From Octopus vulgaris (taxonomy: Eukaryota): 64,000 nucleotides of DNA. The notes beneath the pieces are model-generated. The model was not told the origin of the DNA and made no database searches. It saw only the letters and a program-made list of their open reading frames with translations. Numbering within the stretch: the stretch's first letter is position 1; every line of letters starts with the position of its first letter. Location: NCBI GenBank assembly GCA_951406725.2, contig OX597828.1, positions 24,180,001-24,244,000 on the forward strand. The letters are read 5' to 3'. This document shows, one piece after another, positions 15,225-28,382 of the stretch. Made by a program: the position numbers and the translations under genes.

Positions 15225-16026
15225 CCCTCCGATTATTCAATGAAAATAGGGTCAAAATATGCATGGTCAAATTCATGCTGCACTCAATGAGCCCGAAACA
15301 GTTTATCTGTGCTACTACATGTGGGTATCTAGCATTGCCACCGCTATACCGGTATTACGGACTGTGCCCCATGCATGGTGCAGTCAGGGACTCGGGATGA
15401 AATGTGTTGCTACAACGGACAACAGATTAAATCTGCCATTGTTGGTGATCAGAAAGATTTTAAAACCTCGCAAATGTTAAAGATATCTTGTATAGTTAGC
15501 CTTTCTGATGATCTGCCGTTGGAGACAATTTTACATACACACACGCGCGCACATACTCACACGAATACAAAAAAAAATCCTGTCTTACAAGTGTTCAATA
15601 TGGCCACCATCTGCATCACGGGCAACATCCATAGGATAAGAGAATTCCTCCCAGACGCGTATCAGCACATCAAGATCCACTGAGTACTTCTTTGGCTGTC
15701 TGGTTGAATGCTTTATCGAAGTTTTTCCATTTCCGCTTCTATGTCAATAACTTCTGGAATTGCCTCAAGCAAAGCAAATATATATATTGTTGAGCTCCAT
15801 AATGAACTTGCTTTTGATATGCTGATACGCGTCTGGGAGGAGTTCTCTTATCGCACTGATGTTGCCCGTGCTGCAAGTGGTGGCCAGATTGAACACTTCT
15901 GTGACAGGAAATAAAAGTTGATTGTAAGTAAATGCTTGTGACTTAGCTGGAGTTTTCTATTGCTTTTCCTTATTAAAATTTTGCGCAATGAAATCGAATC
16001 GGTTCATTCTTTTCAATAACCCTGTA
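15225..16026 (+). mobile_element. Rearranged Tc1/mariner-superfamily remnant with internal inverted duplication of the transposase 3' end
   Basis: DMLIRVWEEFSYRTDVARAASGGQIEHF is a typical transposase C-terminus; its inverted copy is at 15578-15673; ends TTTTCAATAACCCTGTA (TIR-like). Left boundary is uncertain. Confidence 0.7.
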
Positions 16027-16129
16027 TATGCCTCTATTTACTTGCACATGTTCGTATATATCGATGCATATAAATACGCATCTATGTATATATGAACATG
16101 TGTATGCGTGTGTATGTATATGTGCGTAT

Positions 16130-16175
16130 GATAGATAGGTATATAGACAGATAGATAGATAGATAGATAGTTAGC

Positions 16176-16247
<72 letters not shown>

Positions 16248-16270
16248 AATATAGATAGATAGATAGATAT

Positions 16271-16309
<39 letters not shown>

Positions 16310-16310
16310 T

Positions 16311-16383
<73 letters not shown>

Positions 16384-16395
16384 CAGATAGATAGT
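16130..16395. repeat. (AGAT)n microsatellite
   Basis: Directly visible. Confidence 0.97.
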
Positions 16396-16398
16396 GTG

Positions 16399-16710
16399 AA
16401 GGTGCATGGCTCAGTGGTTTGAGCGTCGGGCTCACGATTATGAGGTACTGCGTTCAATTCCCGGACCGGGCATTGTGTTGTGTTCTTGAGCAAGACACTT
16501 TACTTCACGTTACTCCATTTCCCTCAGCTGTAGAAATGAGTAGCGACGTCACAGGTGCCAAGCTCTATCGACCCCTTTGCCTTTCCCTTGGAAAACATCG
16601 GTGGCGTGGAGAGAAGAATCTGGTATGCGTGGGAGATTGCTAGCCTTCCTTAAGAACAACCTTGCCTGGACTTGTGCCTCGGAATGTAATTTTCTAGCTC
16701 TAATCTCATG
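16399..16710 (+). mobile_element. tRNA-derived SINE (family C)
   Basis: A box TGGCTCAGTGG and B box GTTCAATTCC, followed by GTGTTGTGTTCTTGAGCAAGACACTT. Confidence 0.85.
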
Positions 16711-16714
16711 TATT

Positions 16715-16800
<86 letters not shown>

Positions 16801-17770
16801 TGTATTTTACTGAGTTTAAATATGTGTGTGACATTATATAACTGTGTATACGTTGGTGTGTATATCCCGGTGTGTTTCTGAGAATCTTACCTCTCAGCGT
16901 TTGATTATTTGAGTGTTCTCATTTAATAAACACAAGGGCGTCACGTGGTTGCGATAGCGAAGTCCACCGTACTGATATGCCTACTTCTGCAAGTGTATTC
17001 AACAACTGCGTTGCTTATTTCGCCTCAAGCTTACATTAAAAGTGCAAATATTTGTGAAATTCTGACCCACTTGTATCATAAAACCATCAGATAATAGCTG
17101 ATAAGATCAAGCAACTGCAATAATCATCGTTGTAGCCGTTGGAGGATTAAATTATTCATACTTTTCACCTTTCAAAGCTTTTAATGTTAGTTTAAGTGAG
17201 TGTGCTTGTGTGCGTGAGTGCGTGTCTGTGTTTGTGCAACTCTGTATGTGTGTGCGCGTGTGTGTGTGTGAACAAGAGTATATGAAACTCGGCGTATGAG
17301 TGTATGTACATATGTAAAGATGTATATTTATAACTGTGTGTATAATATATATATGTGTGTGTGAGTGTGGGTGCATATATATATATATATATACATGTAT
17401 GTATAAATATATCTGTATGTATAAATGTTTAAGCACACACATGCAGACGTGTGTATCCTTGTGTGTGCATGTGTATGCACGTTTCTATGCACATATGTAT
17501 ATTACGGTAGCAGAATTAATTGTAAGTATTAAGATTATGTGTGTTATATGATGTGCTGAGCAAGCATAACATTTACAGCATCCACAAATGCTGTTTTGGC
17601 CTGATTCTGTCAATGCGCCACACACGCATGTGCAGATACACGTCTGCGCATTTTATCGATCATGTTTGATTATGATGAATCGTGCACATAAAACTTGCAA
17701 TGAGTGGTAATAGTTATATATGTGCAAATACCCGTCACGCGCCTACGCATGCACACACAAACATATAATC

Positions 17771-17865
<95 letters not shown>

Positions 17866-17914
17866 AATATATAGATATAGATATACATATATATATATAC
17901 AAATATATAGATAT

Positions 17915-17961
<47 letters not shown>

Positions 17962-18189
17962 TTTATATATTTTTTTATTATATATATGTATGTATGTATG
18001 CACACACAAGCAGGCACATGCGTAAGGACGCCCACACCACGGACTCATACACGCTACACCTAAGCACAAATGCTTTAAAAGGTAAAAAGCAATAACGATT
18101 AAATCCTCCGTCGGCAACGATGATGATTATTCGATTTTTGGGATCTTATCAGCTTTTTTTAATCCTTTTAATACATATATACAAAGGCA

Positions 18190-18246
<57 letters not shown>

Positions 18247-18389
18247 GTTCTCATGACTTACTCTAAAAGCATTCTCTTCATATGTTCGTCACTTAAGTGA
18301 TCTGATAAGCAATCCCTGATGCTCATAATATAATTCATAACTGGTAGGCAATCATTTGAGTTTTTAATACATCAACTATATACTATTGT

Positions 18390-18690
18390 GTGGACGCATG
18401 ACCTAGTGGTTCTGTTGTTGCACTCACGTTCAGGAAATCACTGTTTCAATTCCTAGAGTGGGCGGTGTGTTGTGTTCTTGGGCAAAACATTTCATCTTAC
18501 GATCAATTCAATCTGCGATCAATTCATCTGACGCGTGGCACACAGTGCCTCTGTTTAGGCGGCGTCGATGTAATGAAGAGTGTGTGGTTATGTGCGGCAC
18601 GAACATTTGATCACTATAAACAAACCACTTATGTAGGTCGTTCGGAAAAAGCTGTACGCTCATACGTTGTCGTTTTAGACATGAGAATCC
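18390..18690 (+). mobile_element. Degraded tRNA-derived SINE (family C-related)
   Basis: GCATGACCTAGTGG...TTCAATTCC...GTGTGTTGTGTTCTTGGGCAAAACA. Confidence 0.7.
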
Positions 18691-19002
18691 ATTATATATT
18701 ATTAATAATACTTATTGAATCGACATTCGCTAACGATGCTGCCTTCCTCCTATTGTCTATCATGAAAATGTTATTATTTCTAAGCATTTTTACGTTCGTG
18801 ATAGTTTGTTAAGCTTTGATATTAAAGAAAAAATCTTTAGTTTTCTTTACTGGGTCAGGTGAAATGGGATGTTCAGTCTTATTGACGCCATTGAGCTTTA
18901 AAATCATTGATCGTAGAAAGTGAAAACTTCCATTTAACTACGGAATTCCTCGTGTAATAGCGGTAGAGTATCACTGTAATAATATAAGTATTGCTTAATC
19001 TG

Positions 19003-19212
19003 CAGCGAGCTGGTAGAATCGTTAGCACGCCGAGCGAAGTGCTTACAAGTATTTCATCTGCCGTTACGTTCTGAGTTCAAATTCAACAATGGTCGGCTTT
19101 GCCTTTCATCCTTTCAGGATTGATGAAATTTGTTGTAGTCGGGGGTCGATGTAGTCGCCTTAACGTCTTTGTTTGTCCCCTCTATGTTTAGCATCTTCGG
19201 CAATAAAGAAAT
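19003..19212 (+). mobile_element. SINE family B
   Basis: GCGAGCTGGTAGAATCGTTAGCACGCC...GAGTTCAAATTC...GGGGTCGATGTA...AATAAAGAAAT; reverse complement of the 56788-57045 copy. Confidence 0.85.
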
Positions 19213-19214
19213 GA

Positions 19215-19306
<92 letters not shown>

Positions 19307-20753
19307 GCGTGGCATGAGCATGTGGTACAGAAAATCATTTTGCGAAGATGTTGTGGCGGCAACTCTTGCCACCCAAAGACTTGTAAGTTTAGTAGACAGA
19401 AACTTCACTAACGTTTCTGCCATCTCGCGGCCTTCAAATTTCCGACTTTAATAAAAAATACATGACCAAGGCTGACCACAATATCGAACCCACGATCCGA
19501 CGTAGACGCAAAACAACAATTTAACCACTCGGCCACGTAAAAGTATTACAGAATTAATTTCGGGGGCTGTTGTTTAGATCTCGATCAGGATTGATCTCGA
19601 CAGGTTTATGATTCAAAGAAACCGTAGTCGCGTAAATCCCACTTACTCATGCGTTTGTAGGACATTATTGAACGTGAGTGTTTTTCTTTGTTGCTATGTT
19701 AAGATTAAAACTATTGTTTTGATGTTAATTGGCTAATATTTCTAGCTGGTCGAGTGGTAGTGTGAGAGTTGGAGAATATCTTATTAAGTCGGCATGTTAC
19801 ATGTATACTTTCACCACTAATGTCACTCTTAAGCAATATTCAGTTTGATTTCCTTGCAGTATTTATAAAGCGCAGTTGAAGAGTGTAAATCTAATTATAT
19901 CTCCAACTGCAAATAACACGTCGTGACAGATTTATGAAATAATTGCAATTATGTTCGGAATCGTTGTACATCAAAGTCAAAGAGCTTCAGTGAATTATCT
20001 TCAACAAGTTTCTCCATTTCCCCTATGATCCAATAATCATATTTCTTCACTTCGCTTTGCAAATAGAAATGGGAAAGTGTGGATTGCTACACGTTCGTGT
20101 GTCCATGTATCCAGTAATGGAGAGCATGTATTTTCGCTTAACAGTTTCAGAAAATTCTCTTATTAGAAAAGAATATTAGTAATTTCCGAAGTGCTGAAGA
20201 TGAAAATTGTGAATTAGCAGAACAGTTGAATTTCATCGGATAGAAGGCTCTGTGATATTTGCTCCATATCAATGAAGCCTGAGTTCGAATCCAAGAGAGG
20301 GCAAATAAACATTGTTTTTTTTTTAAATTATGAATATAGAAATAAGTAGCTGTCTACATCAGTTGCTTCTGTGGAAGTGTATGAGTACTGAGCATAAGAG
20401 CACGTATTTTCCCCTTTTCTTTTTCTTTTACTCCTTTTACAAAGAGCCAAGGTACTACATATATTGGTATCAAATTTCGGCGCATGGTCAACAATTTTGG
20501 GTGGGGCGCGATGAGGGCAGAGGATAGTTCGATTACATTTCCATACCATTGATCGTAGAAACTGAAAACTTCCATTTAACTACGGAATTTTCTCCATACC
20601 AAAAGGACAAGTCAACCTCGGTGTAATTTGAACTTACAACGTAAAGACGGACGAAATGGCTCAAAATAGTTTCATTGGTGTGCAAACGATTCTGCCAGCT
20701 TTCCACCATATCGGACTACATATATTGAAACTGTATGTGTACATGGATATGTG

Positions 20754-20812
<59 letters not shown>

Positions 20813-20814
20813 AT

Positions 20815-20965
20815 AAGGCAGGTGGTGTAGACAACAAACAGATGTATTAGTATAACGCTCGGGAAGTGAACAAGTCTTTAACGTTTCGAGCCTACGCTCT
20901 TCCACAGAAAGTAACACAGAAAGAAACAAGGAGAGAAAATAAAGAATGTGTAATAGCTACAGACG
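20815..20965 (-). mobile_element. PLE-type terminal module with HHR-like motif (20875-20911)
   Basis: Reverse complement CTTT-CTGTGGA-A-GAGCGTAGGCTC-GAAACGT-T-AAAG. Confidence 0.65.
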
Positions 20966-20966
20966 T

Positions 20967-21024
<58 letters not shown>

Positions 21025-21170
21025 ACACACACACACACACACATACATGCACATTCATGGAAACGCACATTTATGCGAGTATATATATCCACATTCATAC
21101 CCGTACATAAACATACATTCATACATTCATACATACATACATACATACATACATACATACATACATACAT

Positions 21171-21204
<34 letters not shown>

Positions 21205-21584
21205 TCGCAAACAGACGGACAGACATACAAATAGACATGTACGCCTACACTCATTGCCGTGGATAAAAAATCAGAGAAAACATTAGCGAAAATAATTTGT
21301 CGTAATATTACAGAAGTCGTTTTTAAGAATTGAATAATTATAAGGATCATTATTGCAATTATATTCACCATATTGTTAAGGAATTCGATAAGGACTATAA
21401 TCAGGATTATAATCATCATTACGATAATAGTTACTATATTAAAGATAATAAAAATTATTGTGGCGATAATTATTATGATTGTTTTGATAATGTCACATAA
21501 TGAGGAAGCGAGGAAGAAAAAGGGAGACATAGCTAATAGAGTAATGTACGTTTTGCTGTTGATGAAGACGGTGATGATGGCGAG

Positions 21585-21593
21585 AATGATGAC

Positions 21594-21654
<61 letters not shown>

Positions 21655-21735
21655 GCGGTGGTGGTGGTGGTGGTGGTGGTGGTAGCCGTAGTGATGGTGC
21701 CATTGATGAAGATAATTATGAAGATGATGACGATG

Positions 21736-21799
<64 letters not shown>

Positions 21800-21960
21800 G
21801 GTGGTGGTGGTGGTGGTGATGATGATGATGGTGATGATGACGATGGGGATGAGGATCGTGGTGGGGATGGGGGTGGTAGCCGTGGTGATGGTGCCGTTGA
21901 TGAAGATAATTATGAAGATGATGACGATGTGATGGTAGTAATGATGATGAGGACAACGAT
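21585..21960. repeat. Compound (GAT)n/(GGT)n microsatellite with a duplicated unit of about 195 bp
   Basis: GTAGCCGTRGTGATGGTGCCRTTGATGAAGATAATTATGAAGATGATGACGATGTG occurs near 21682 and 21877. Confidence 0.9.
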
Positions 21961-22694
21961 GACGCAGGCGAAAACGAAGAGGATCGTGGTAATTGTAAAT
22001 GCTTTTCATCAATTACTACCTTAATGATGTTGATGACATTCGTAATGACTGGGATGTTTTGAAAGTTCGAGAAGATACGCAAATGATTTCTTTCAAAGAA
22101 AGAGATGAATGTGAAGAAGCTAAACGAATTTAGATGAGAGAGGAAAAGATGAAACGAGACTGGAATATTTCTATATTAATACAGACATCCAACCCCCCCC
22201 CCACACACACACACACACGCACACCACACACACCACACATATACACATACAACATACGTAACTACAGATAGTGAGTGATGATATGTGGCTGCTGCTGCGT
22301 GCATGTATATAGTTATGTATGTATATATGTATGTAACTAGGTATATGTGTGCATATATAGACATACACACATATACATACATCCGTTCGGTCGATCTGAT
22401 CGACAGCAACTGTCGTCGTCGTAACCGACGGAGTGCCATTTAGAGTTTACATATATGTATATATATATAAGGGGTATAAGAGGTATTAGTGTCACGAAGA
22501 CCCATGGGATGTTAGGTAATGCTGAGTAAGAGCAACGGACAGATTACAGTTAAGCTCCAGGTTCAATAATGATACGAATGAGGAGTCCAACATACGTCGT
22601 ATATTAGAATGCATACATATATATATAAAATTAATAGAATGGGATTAAAAAAATCCAAGTCTGTGAATAGTTTTCAGAACATTTATAAAAAGAA

Positions 22695-22746
22695 GGCCTT
22701 ACAGCTGTTTCCAGGATATTTTATATATCTCTTCATCAGAGACGGT
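22695..22746 (-). ncRNA. Minimal type I hammerhead-like motif
   Basis: Reverse complement GTCT-CTGATGA-AGAGATAT(ATAAA)ATATCCTG-GAAAC(AGCT)GT-A-AGGC: canonical CUGAUGA, palindromic ACAGCUGU stem III, GUA site, 4-bp stem I with one G-U; base of stem II is imperfect. Confidence 0.65.
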
Positions 22747-22991
22747 GCGAGAAAATGTTTAAGTAATAGTTATTATAGAGAAGATATGAAATACAGAGTG
22801 GAGTGGAGTGGAGGAATAAAAACAGACGTGAGATACGCATGGATATTGTATCTGCAGTTCCATTATTTAAGCAGAATGGTATATATATAAGTTAATCCAA
22901 ACATGAAAACTCATAGAGAAAACACAACAACGCGAGGACGTGGAACAAATATAGTGTTATTGGACGCTCAGGAAGGAAGGGAAGAAGGAGG

Positions 22992-23026
22992 GTCTTACGT
23001 TTCGAGCGGAGCTCTTCGTCAGAAAC
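22992..23026 (-). ncRNA. Minimal type I hammerhead-like motif, best-preserved core
   Basis: Reverse complement GTTT-CTGACGA-A-GAGC(TCC)GCTC-GAAA-CGT-A-AGAC. Confidence 0.7.
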
Positions 23027-23081
23027 ATAGGAAAAGGAAAGATCCCGAGAAGGGAAGACAGAGGAAAAAAATCGCCAACGG

Positions 23082-23131
<50 letters not shown>

Positions 23132-23244
23132 GGAGGGAGTGAAAGAGTGAGAGCATGACGTGTTATAGCTACTTTCAATTTTCTACTATAAATATTCTAT
23201 GGTACTAGTTTTGTACCATTAAATATTCTATTCTACTCTAGTCA

Positions 23245-23440
23245 TCTGGCCCAAAATTTTGAGGGAGGGGGCCAGTCGATTAGATCGGCCCCAATACGTA
23301 AGTAGTACTTATATAATCGACGCCGAAAGGATGAAAGGCAAAATAGAGTGCGGCGGAATTTGAACCCAGAACGTAAAGACAGACAAAATAACGCTAAATA
23401 TTTCGCCCGGAGTGCTAACGTTTCTGCCACCTCGGCGCCT
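23245..23440 (-). mobile_element. SINE family B
   Basis: GGATGAAAGGCAAA...GGAATTTGAACCCAGAACG...GTGCTAACGTTTCTGCCA. Confidence 0.85.
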
Positions 23441-23919
23441 AAGAAACGACTAAATATTAAACCATTTATATATGTAATTGTTATATTTCATTTCTCCTAA
23501 ACTGAGTGAAAATTTATTCCCACACATCTCGTACTTGAGATAAACAAAATTTGATACTAATCTATTCTCTATTTTCATCTTTCTTGCTAGTATCAAATGT
23601 GTGTGTGCGTGTGCGTGTGTGTGCGTATGTGTTTTTACGTGTGTGTGTGTGAATTATCTTTTGAAGCGGGTTCACCACTGTGTAAGGAACAGAGATGGTA
23701 TGATAATGTGTTGCTTTGTGTCGTAAGAATGGAGAAAATAGAAACTTAAAGACAATTCCTCTCTCCCGAGTCGCAAGCATATACTTAGAGCAGTGCGATT
23801 CTTGTCAGTTTTGGCACTATCACCCATCTTACAATAAACTCACTCCAGCAAGTGAGAAAAAAGAGAAATCTATATTATTTACCACACATCAACCAAACTG
23901 ATCGAAGTATTGATTTCAC

Positions 23920-24110
23920 GTTTTGGCACAAGACCAGCAGTTTTGGGTGAGGGACTAAGTCGATTAAATCGACCCCAGTGCTCAACTCACACTTATTTTA
24001 TCGACCCCGTAAAAGACGAAAGGTAAAGTTCATCATTGAATTTGAACTCAGAACGTAAAAACGGACGAAATGTTATTTCTCCTGGCTCGCTAACAATTCT
24101 TCCAGCTCGC
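23920..24110 (-). mobile_element. SINE family B, degraded
   Basis: GTCGATTAAATCGACCCCAGTG...AATTTGAACTCAGAACG...CCAGCTCGC. Confidence 0.8.
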
Positions 24111-24269
24111 ATTAAGAAGAAAAAAGTATCAAAACATAAAGTAAACTTTATTTTACGTACTGTATCCATTTCTTTAGGGTGTTTTCATGACCTTTACACG
24201 ATTATTATAATAATGATATATATTTTAGTTTGGCAGTATCATACATCGCATAACACATTGCCTTGCGGT

Positions 24270-24735
24270 TTTTAACAACGTTCGAACGAGATACACTTTT
24301 GAATTTAAGGGAAATCCATTTAACATATGTATATCTTGTACTGTCGTCGCTGTGAGTTCTGTCGAAGAGGAATGTCCCTACCTTCATAAGTTTCGATCTC
24401 GTATACCAGATGACCCCACTTCCTTTTCACCTATAGTCGGATCTGTCCTACACGCAACAGGAGCTGTTCGACATAACTGCAGAAGTTAGCAACGCTCGGA
24501 CACTGAAAAACTGCAGGCAGAACAATGTTGATCCTCTGCGGAAATCTCAGAAAAGTACGTCTGACCGCACACCCGTGCTTGTAGAGTTTATCTCGAACCG
24601 GCAGCACCTCTAAAGACTTCTGGAAATTCTCCATGGTACTTCCCGACCGGAAAGGGCTCCGGAACAGTCTAGCCAGTTTGATTCATCGCCGCCCAGAGTT
24701 TCCCCAAGTATATCATCGTAGATCTCTGCCACTAA
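24270..24735 (-). mobile_element. L1/Tx1-clade LINE ORF2 C-terminal (zf-RVT-like) remnant
   Basis: MENFQKSL..LPVRDKLYKHG...VLPAVFQCPSVANFCSYVEQLL resembles the decayed LP..D.L...C..C...E...H....C zinc-knuckle region of L1/Tx1 ORF2. Confidence 0.7.
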
Positions 24736-25559
24736 TCATTTGTATATTAATAAAGTAGAGTATTTATTGATCTCATTGCAGCATTGGTAGAGGGCAGTGA
24801 GTACCTGACGAAACACTAAGTACCTGGCACTCCGTCTCAGTCTTTCCTTCATCCAGGACTGCAACAAGGAAAGGAGCTGCCCAAACACGTTTGCTGTCAA
24901 GAAATCGTTGCAGGTTGTGCAACGTAAGAGCGCGTCAGCTCATCAGCCGCTACAGCATGTGCAATCGGCTACGCAGTGGTTTCTAACAGCTGACTGACCG
25001 CTTGACCACTGGTCCTTCCACAACAACCTAAGTAAGATGGTCACATATGTTCGAGACATTTTCAATTACTCACGGATTAATAATTTTAAGTCCTCTGTCT
25101 ATATGAGAAATGCACTTATAGATAATCTTTTTCCATTCCAAGTTAGTTTATATTTTCCGCCGGGTTAAAAAACATAACACTTGGTTTGACAATATCAGTT
25201 TTATCCAATAGAGCCTTGCCTTTCAAATCTTGCACCGAAAGAAGGGACCATTGGCTGAATGCCTTTGAAAATAATATACTCTGTTGTATTATTTTTCAAT
25301 GTTTTTTGTGGTTGATGTTGATGCTGTTGTTTTTGTTGCTGTTTTGCGCAGAAATGTTCTTGTTATTACTATTGTAGTTTATGTTGTTGTTTATGAGTTC
25401 ATTCTTGGTTCTGTATCGTTATTACCTTCGTTCTCGACCTTGCAGTTGTTGTTTTCGTTCTTCTTGAATGGGCCTTAAACAGCCGAAATTACTGATAAAT
25501 TTCTTTTAACTTACAGAGCTTCAAGTTGCCGTGACTTTACAGTATGGTTACCACCACAA

Positions 25560-25928
<369 letters not shown>

Positions 25929-26034
25929 GTCTTTGTTGTGACCTGACAGACGGTACTAACCCCCTGTAGACACAATATCTTCAAGCAACAACATCCCAAT
26001 ATTGGATACTATGCAACGTCTTAAATAATAATAA

Positions 26035-26480
26035 TAATTCTTTCTACTATAAGTGCAAGGCCACCAATTTCGTGGGGCGCAGTTAAAGTTGATAACATCG
26101 ACCCAGTAGTCAACTGGTTCTTATTTCCTCGACTCCCAAATGTTGAAAGGAAAAGTCGACCTCTGCGAAATTTGAACAGAGAATGTAAAGACGGAAGAAG
26201 TTCCGCCAAGCATCTTGTCCAATGAGCTCAAGATTCTGTCGGCTCGGCGATTTAGTAACTGAAATAGTTCGTTCAAATTTTGGCACAATGCCAGCAGTTA
26301 TATGGGCTGGAGACGTTCGATTACATTGATCCCCAGCTCTTGGGAGGTACTTTAATTTATCGCGTCTGAAAAGTTGCAAGGCAAAGTTGACCTCGTCGGG
26401 AATTGTACTCAGAGTGCGATGAACGAGGGAAAATGACGCTACGCCTTTTCCTTTGATGTATTACCGATTCTGCGAGCTCA
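26035..26480 (-). mobile_element. Two tandem degraded SINE family B copies
   Basis: ACATCGACCCAGT...AAAGTCGACCTC...AATTTGAAC (26035-26250) and ACATTGATCCCCAG...GGCAAAGTTGACCTCG (26270-26480). Confidence 0.7.
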
Positions 26481-27142
26481 ATAATAGTTCTATCTTTTGT
26501 TTACGTGCCAGCAAAACGCAGCATCTTTTGAAACAAACATGTTATTTGTTGGTTAGATAAATCAAATAAATATTGTTAATTGGCTGAAGATAAATCAACA
26601 GGTGAATATCCTTGTTCAAAGATGTGTATTCTATAAACGATGCTGAAAGGTAAAATGATATAGAAATATATTATGTATGATGTAAACAATATTTGATTTG
26701 CGTGTCTACACACACAAAATTGTCTTGATTAACGATGGCTTCTTTCCAGCAACTACGAAGAAAGAAAATTCTATGTTTACAAGAGCTTACCAAAATTATC
26801 AAAATATTAACTAAACTTTCTTTTATGCAACGTAGCACTTTCTTTACAGCGATCTGATGACCTTTTGATGGTTGTTAAAATATCTATGCATATTTTGGTT
26901 TGGCAGTATTGCACAATACATAACAAAATACCTGCTGTCTTTAACAATGTTCCATTGAGATTCAATTCTGAACTTAAATGGAATGCCTTAAGAATATTTA
27001 CATCATGTTCTGTAGAATACGTTTTGTATGTTCTTATGTACTGGGGATTATAATTGAAAGCATTTAGCATTTATTAAATGCTGAAAATTGTAACCAAATG
27101 CATTTGATGTAATATCCCATCAAAGGTGTCGTATAGGAGTTC

Positions 27143-27425
27143 AGCTATTGCCGAACAACCTGCGCAAATGATTTGTTTACAGTGGTGAAATGTGTGTTGT
27201 ACATTATTAGCTCACTGTCTCCATCAAATCGACGATTCCGCGCGTCGGGTGTCAGGCGTCGGGTGTCGCGCATCGGGTGTCGCGCGTCGGTTGTCGAAGT
27301 GATCGCCAAACAACGTGAGATGAAGTGTTTTGCACAAGAACACAACGCACCACCCTTGGTCTCAGAATTGAAACCATAATATCCTGATTGTAAGTGCAAC
27401 ACCTAACCACTAGGCCATTACCTCA
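27143..27425 (-). mobile_element. SINE (family C-related) with an internal 14-bp CpG-rich tandem repeat
   Basis: AACGTGAGATGAAGTGTTTTGCACAAGAACACAACGC...CTAACCACTAGGCCA (reverse-complement A box). Confidence 0.75.
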
Positions 27426-27689
27426 CTTTTTCCATAATGACACACTGTTAGACTAAGCCCAGAGTCTCTCGTTGGCTCATTGTACTTACAGATTTTCTAG
27501 TCCTCTCCACTATCATCAGTATAACATTGTTTTATGTTTGATATATATAGGTACTTGATACAACCTATAACTTAAACTTAAAGTATATAGGTGTGTTTGG
27601 TGTGTGTTTCTGTGTGTATAAATGTGTGTCTGTGTGTGTGTGTGCATATGTATATATATACACATGTGTGTGTATATACATATATATAC

Positions 27690-27860
27690 ATAATAGATCG
27701 GTAGCCACTACATACATCTTTTCTCTCCTTGTTTCTTGCTGTGGAAGAGCGTAGACTCGAAACGTAAAAGACTTTTTCAATTCCTGAGCGTTATACTAAT
27801 ACATCTGTTTGTTTTCTACACCACCTGTCTTCGTCTTTTGTTTTTTTCGTGAATTCTCCC

Positions 27861-27862
<2 letters not shown>
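27690..27862 (+). mobile_element. PLE-type terminal module with HHR-like motif (27734-27771)
   Basis: CTGTGGA-A-GAGCGTAGACTC-GAAACGT-A-AAAGA; flanks are homologous to 13268-13495. Confidence 0.65.
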
Positions 27863-27940
<78 letters not shown>

Positions 27941-27954
27941 GTTATCTTTTATCA

Positions 27955-28176
27955 TTTATTTATTTCAGACATTAGACTGCGGCGATGTTGGAGCACCGTT
28001 TTGAAGAATTTATTGTAGAATGTGTCGAACCCTGTACTTCTTTTAAGCCTGGTACTTACTCTATCCACCACTTTTACCGAACCAATAAGTTACGGGGACA
28101 TAAACACACCAATGCCTGTTCTCAAGGGGTGCAGTGGAGGAAAAACACAGGCACACATACATATAAACATACATAG

Positions 28177-28248
<72 letters not shown>

Positions 28249-28382
28249 ATGATTCTTTCAGTTTCCGTCTACCAAATCCACTCAGGGTTCGGTGGACCTA
28301 AGGCTATAATAGAAGACAGTTGGCTAAGGTGCCACGAAGTGGGACTGAACGTGGAACCATGTGATTGGAAAGCTAGCTTCTT
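27955..28382 (-). mobile_element. SINE family A with internal microsatellite
   Basis: TTTCAG...GACTGCGGCGATGTTGGAGCACCG...TTCTTTCAGTTTCCGTCTACCAAATCCACTCA...GTGGGACTGAAC. Confidence 0.85.

Noticed and set aside
16399-16470. tRNA gene candidates (also 30580, 53904, 61665)
   Set aside because: A/B boxes are present but the cloverleaf is incomplete and each continues into a repeat body; these are SINE heads.
20892-22082. 396-aa His-rich ORF
   Set aside because: Chain of CAT/CAC/CA microsatellites read in a stop-free frame.
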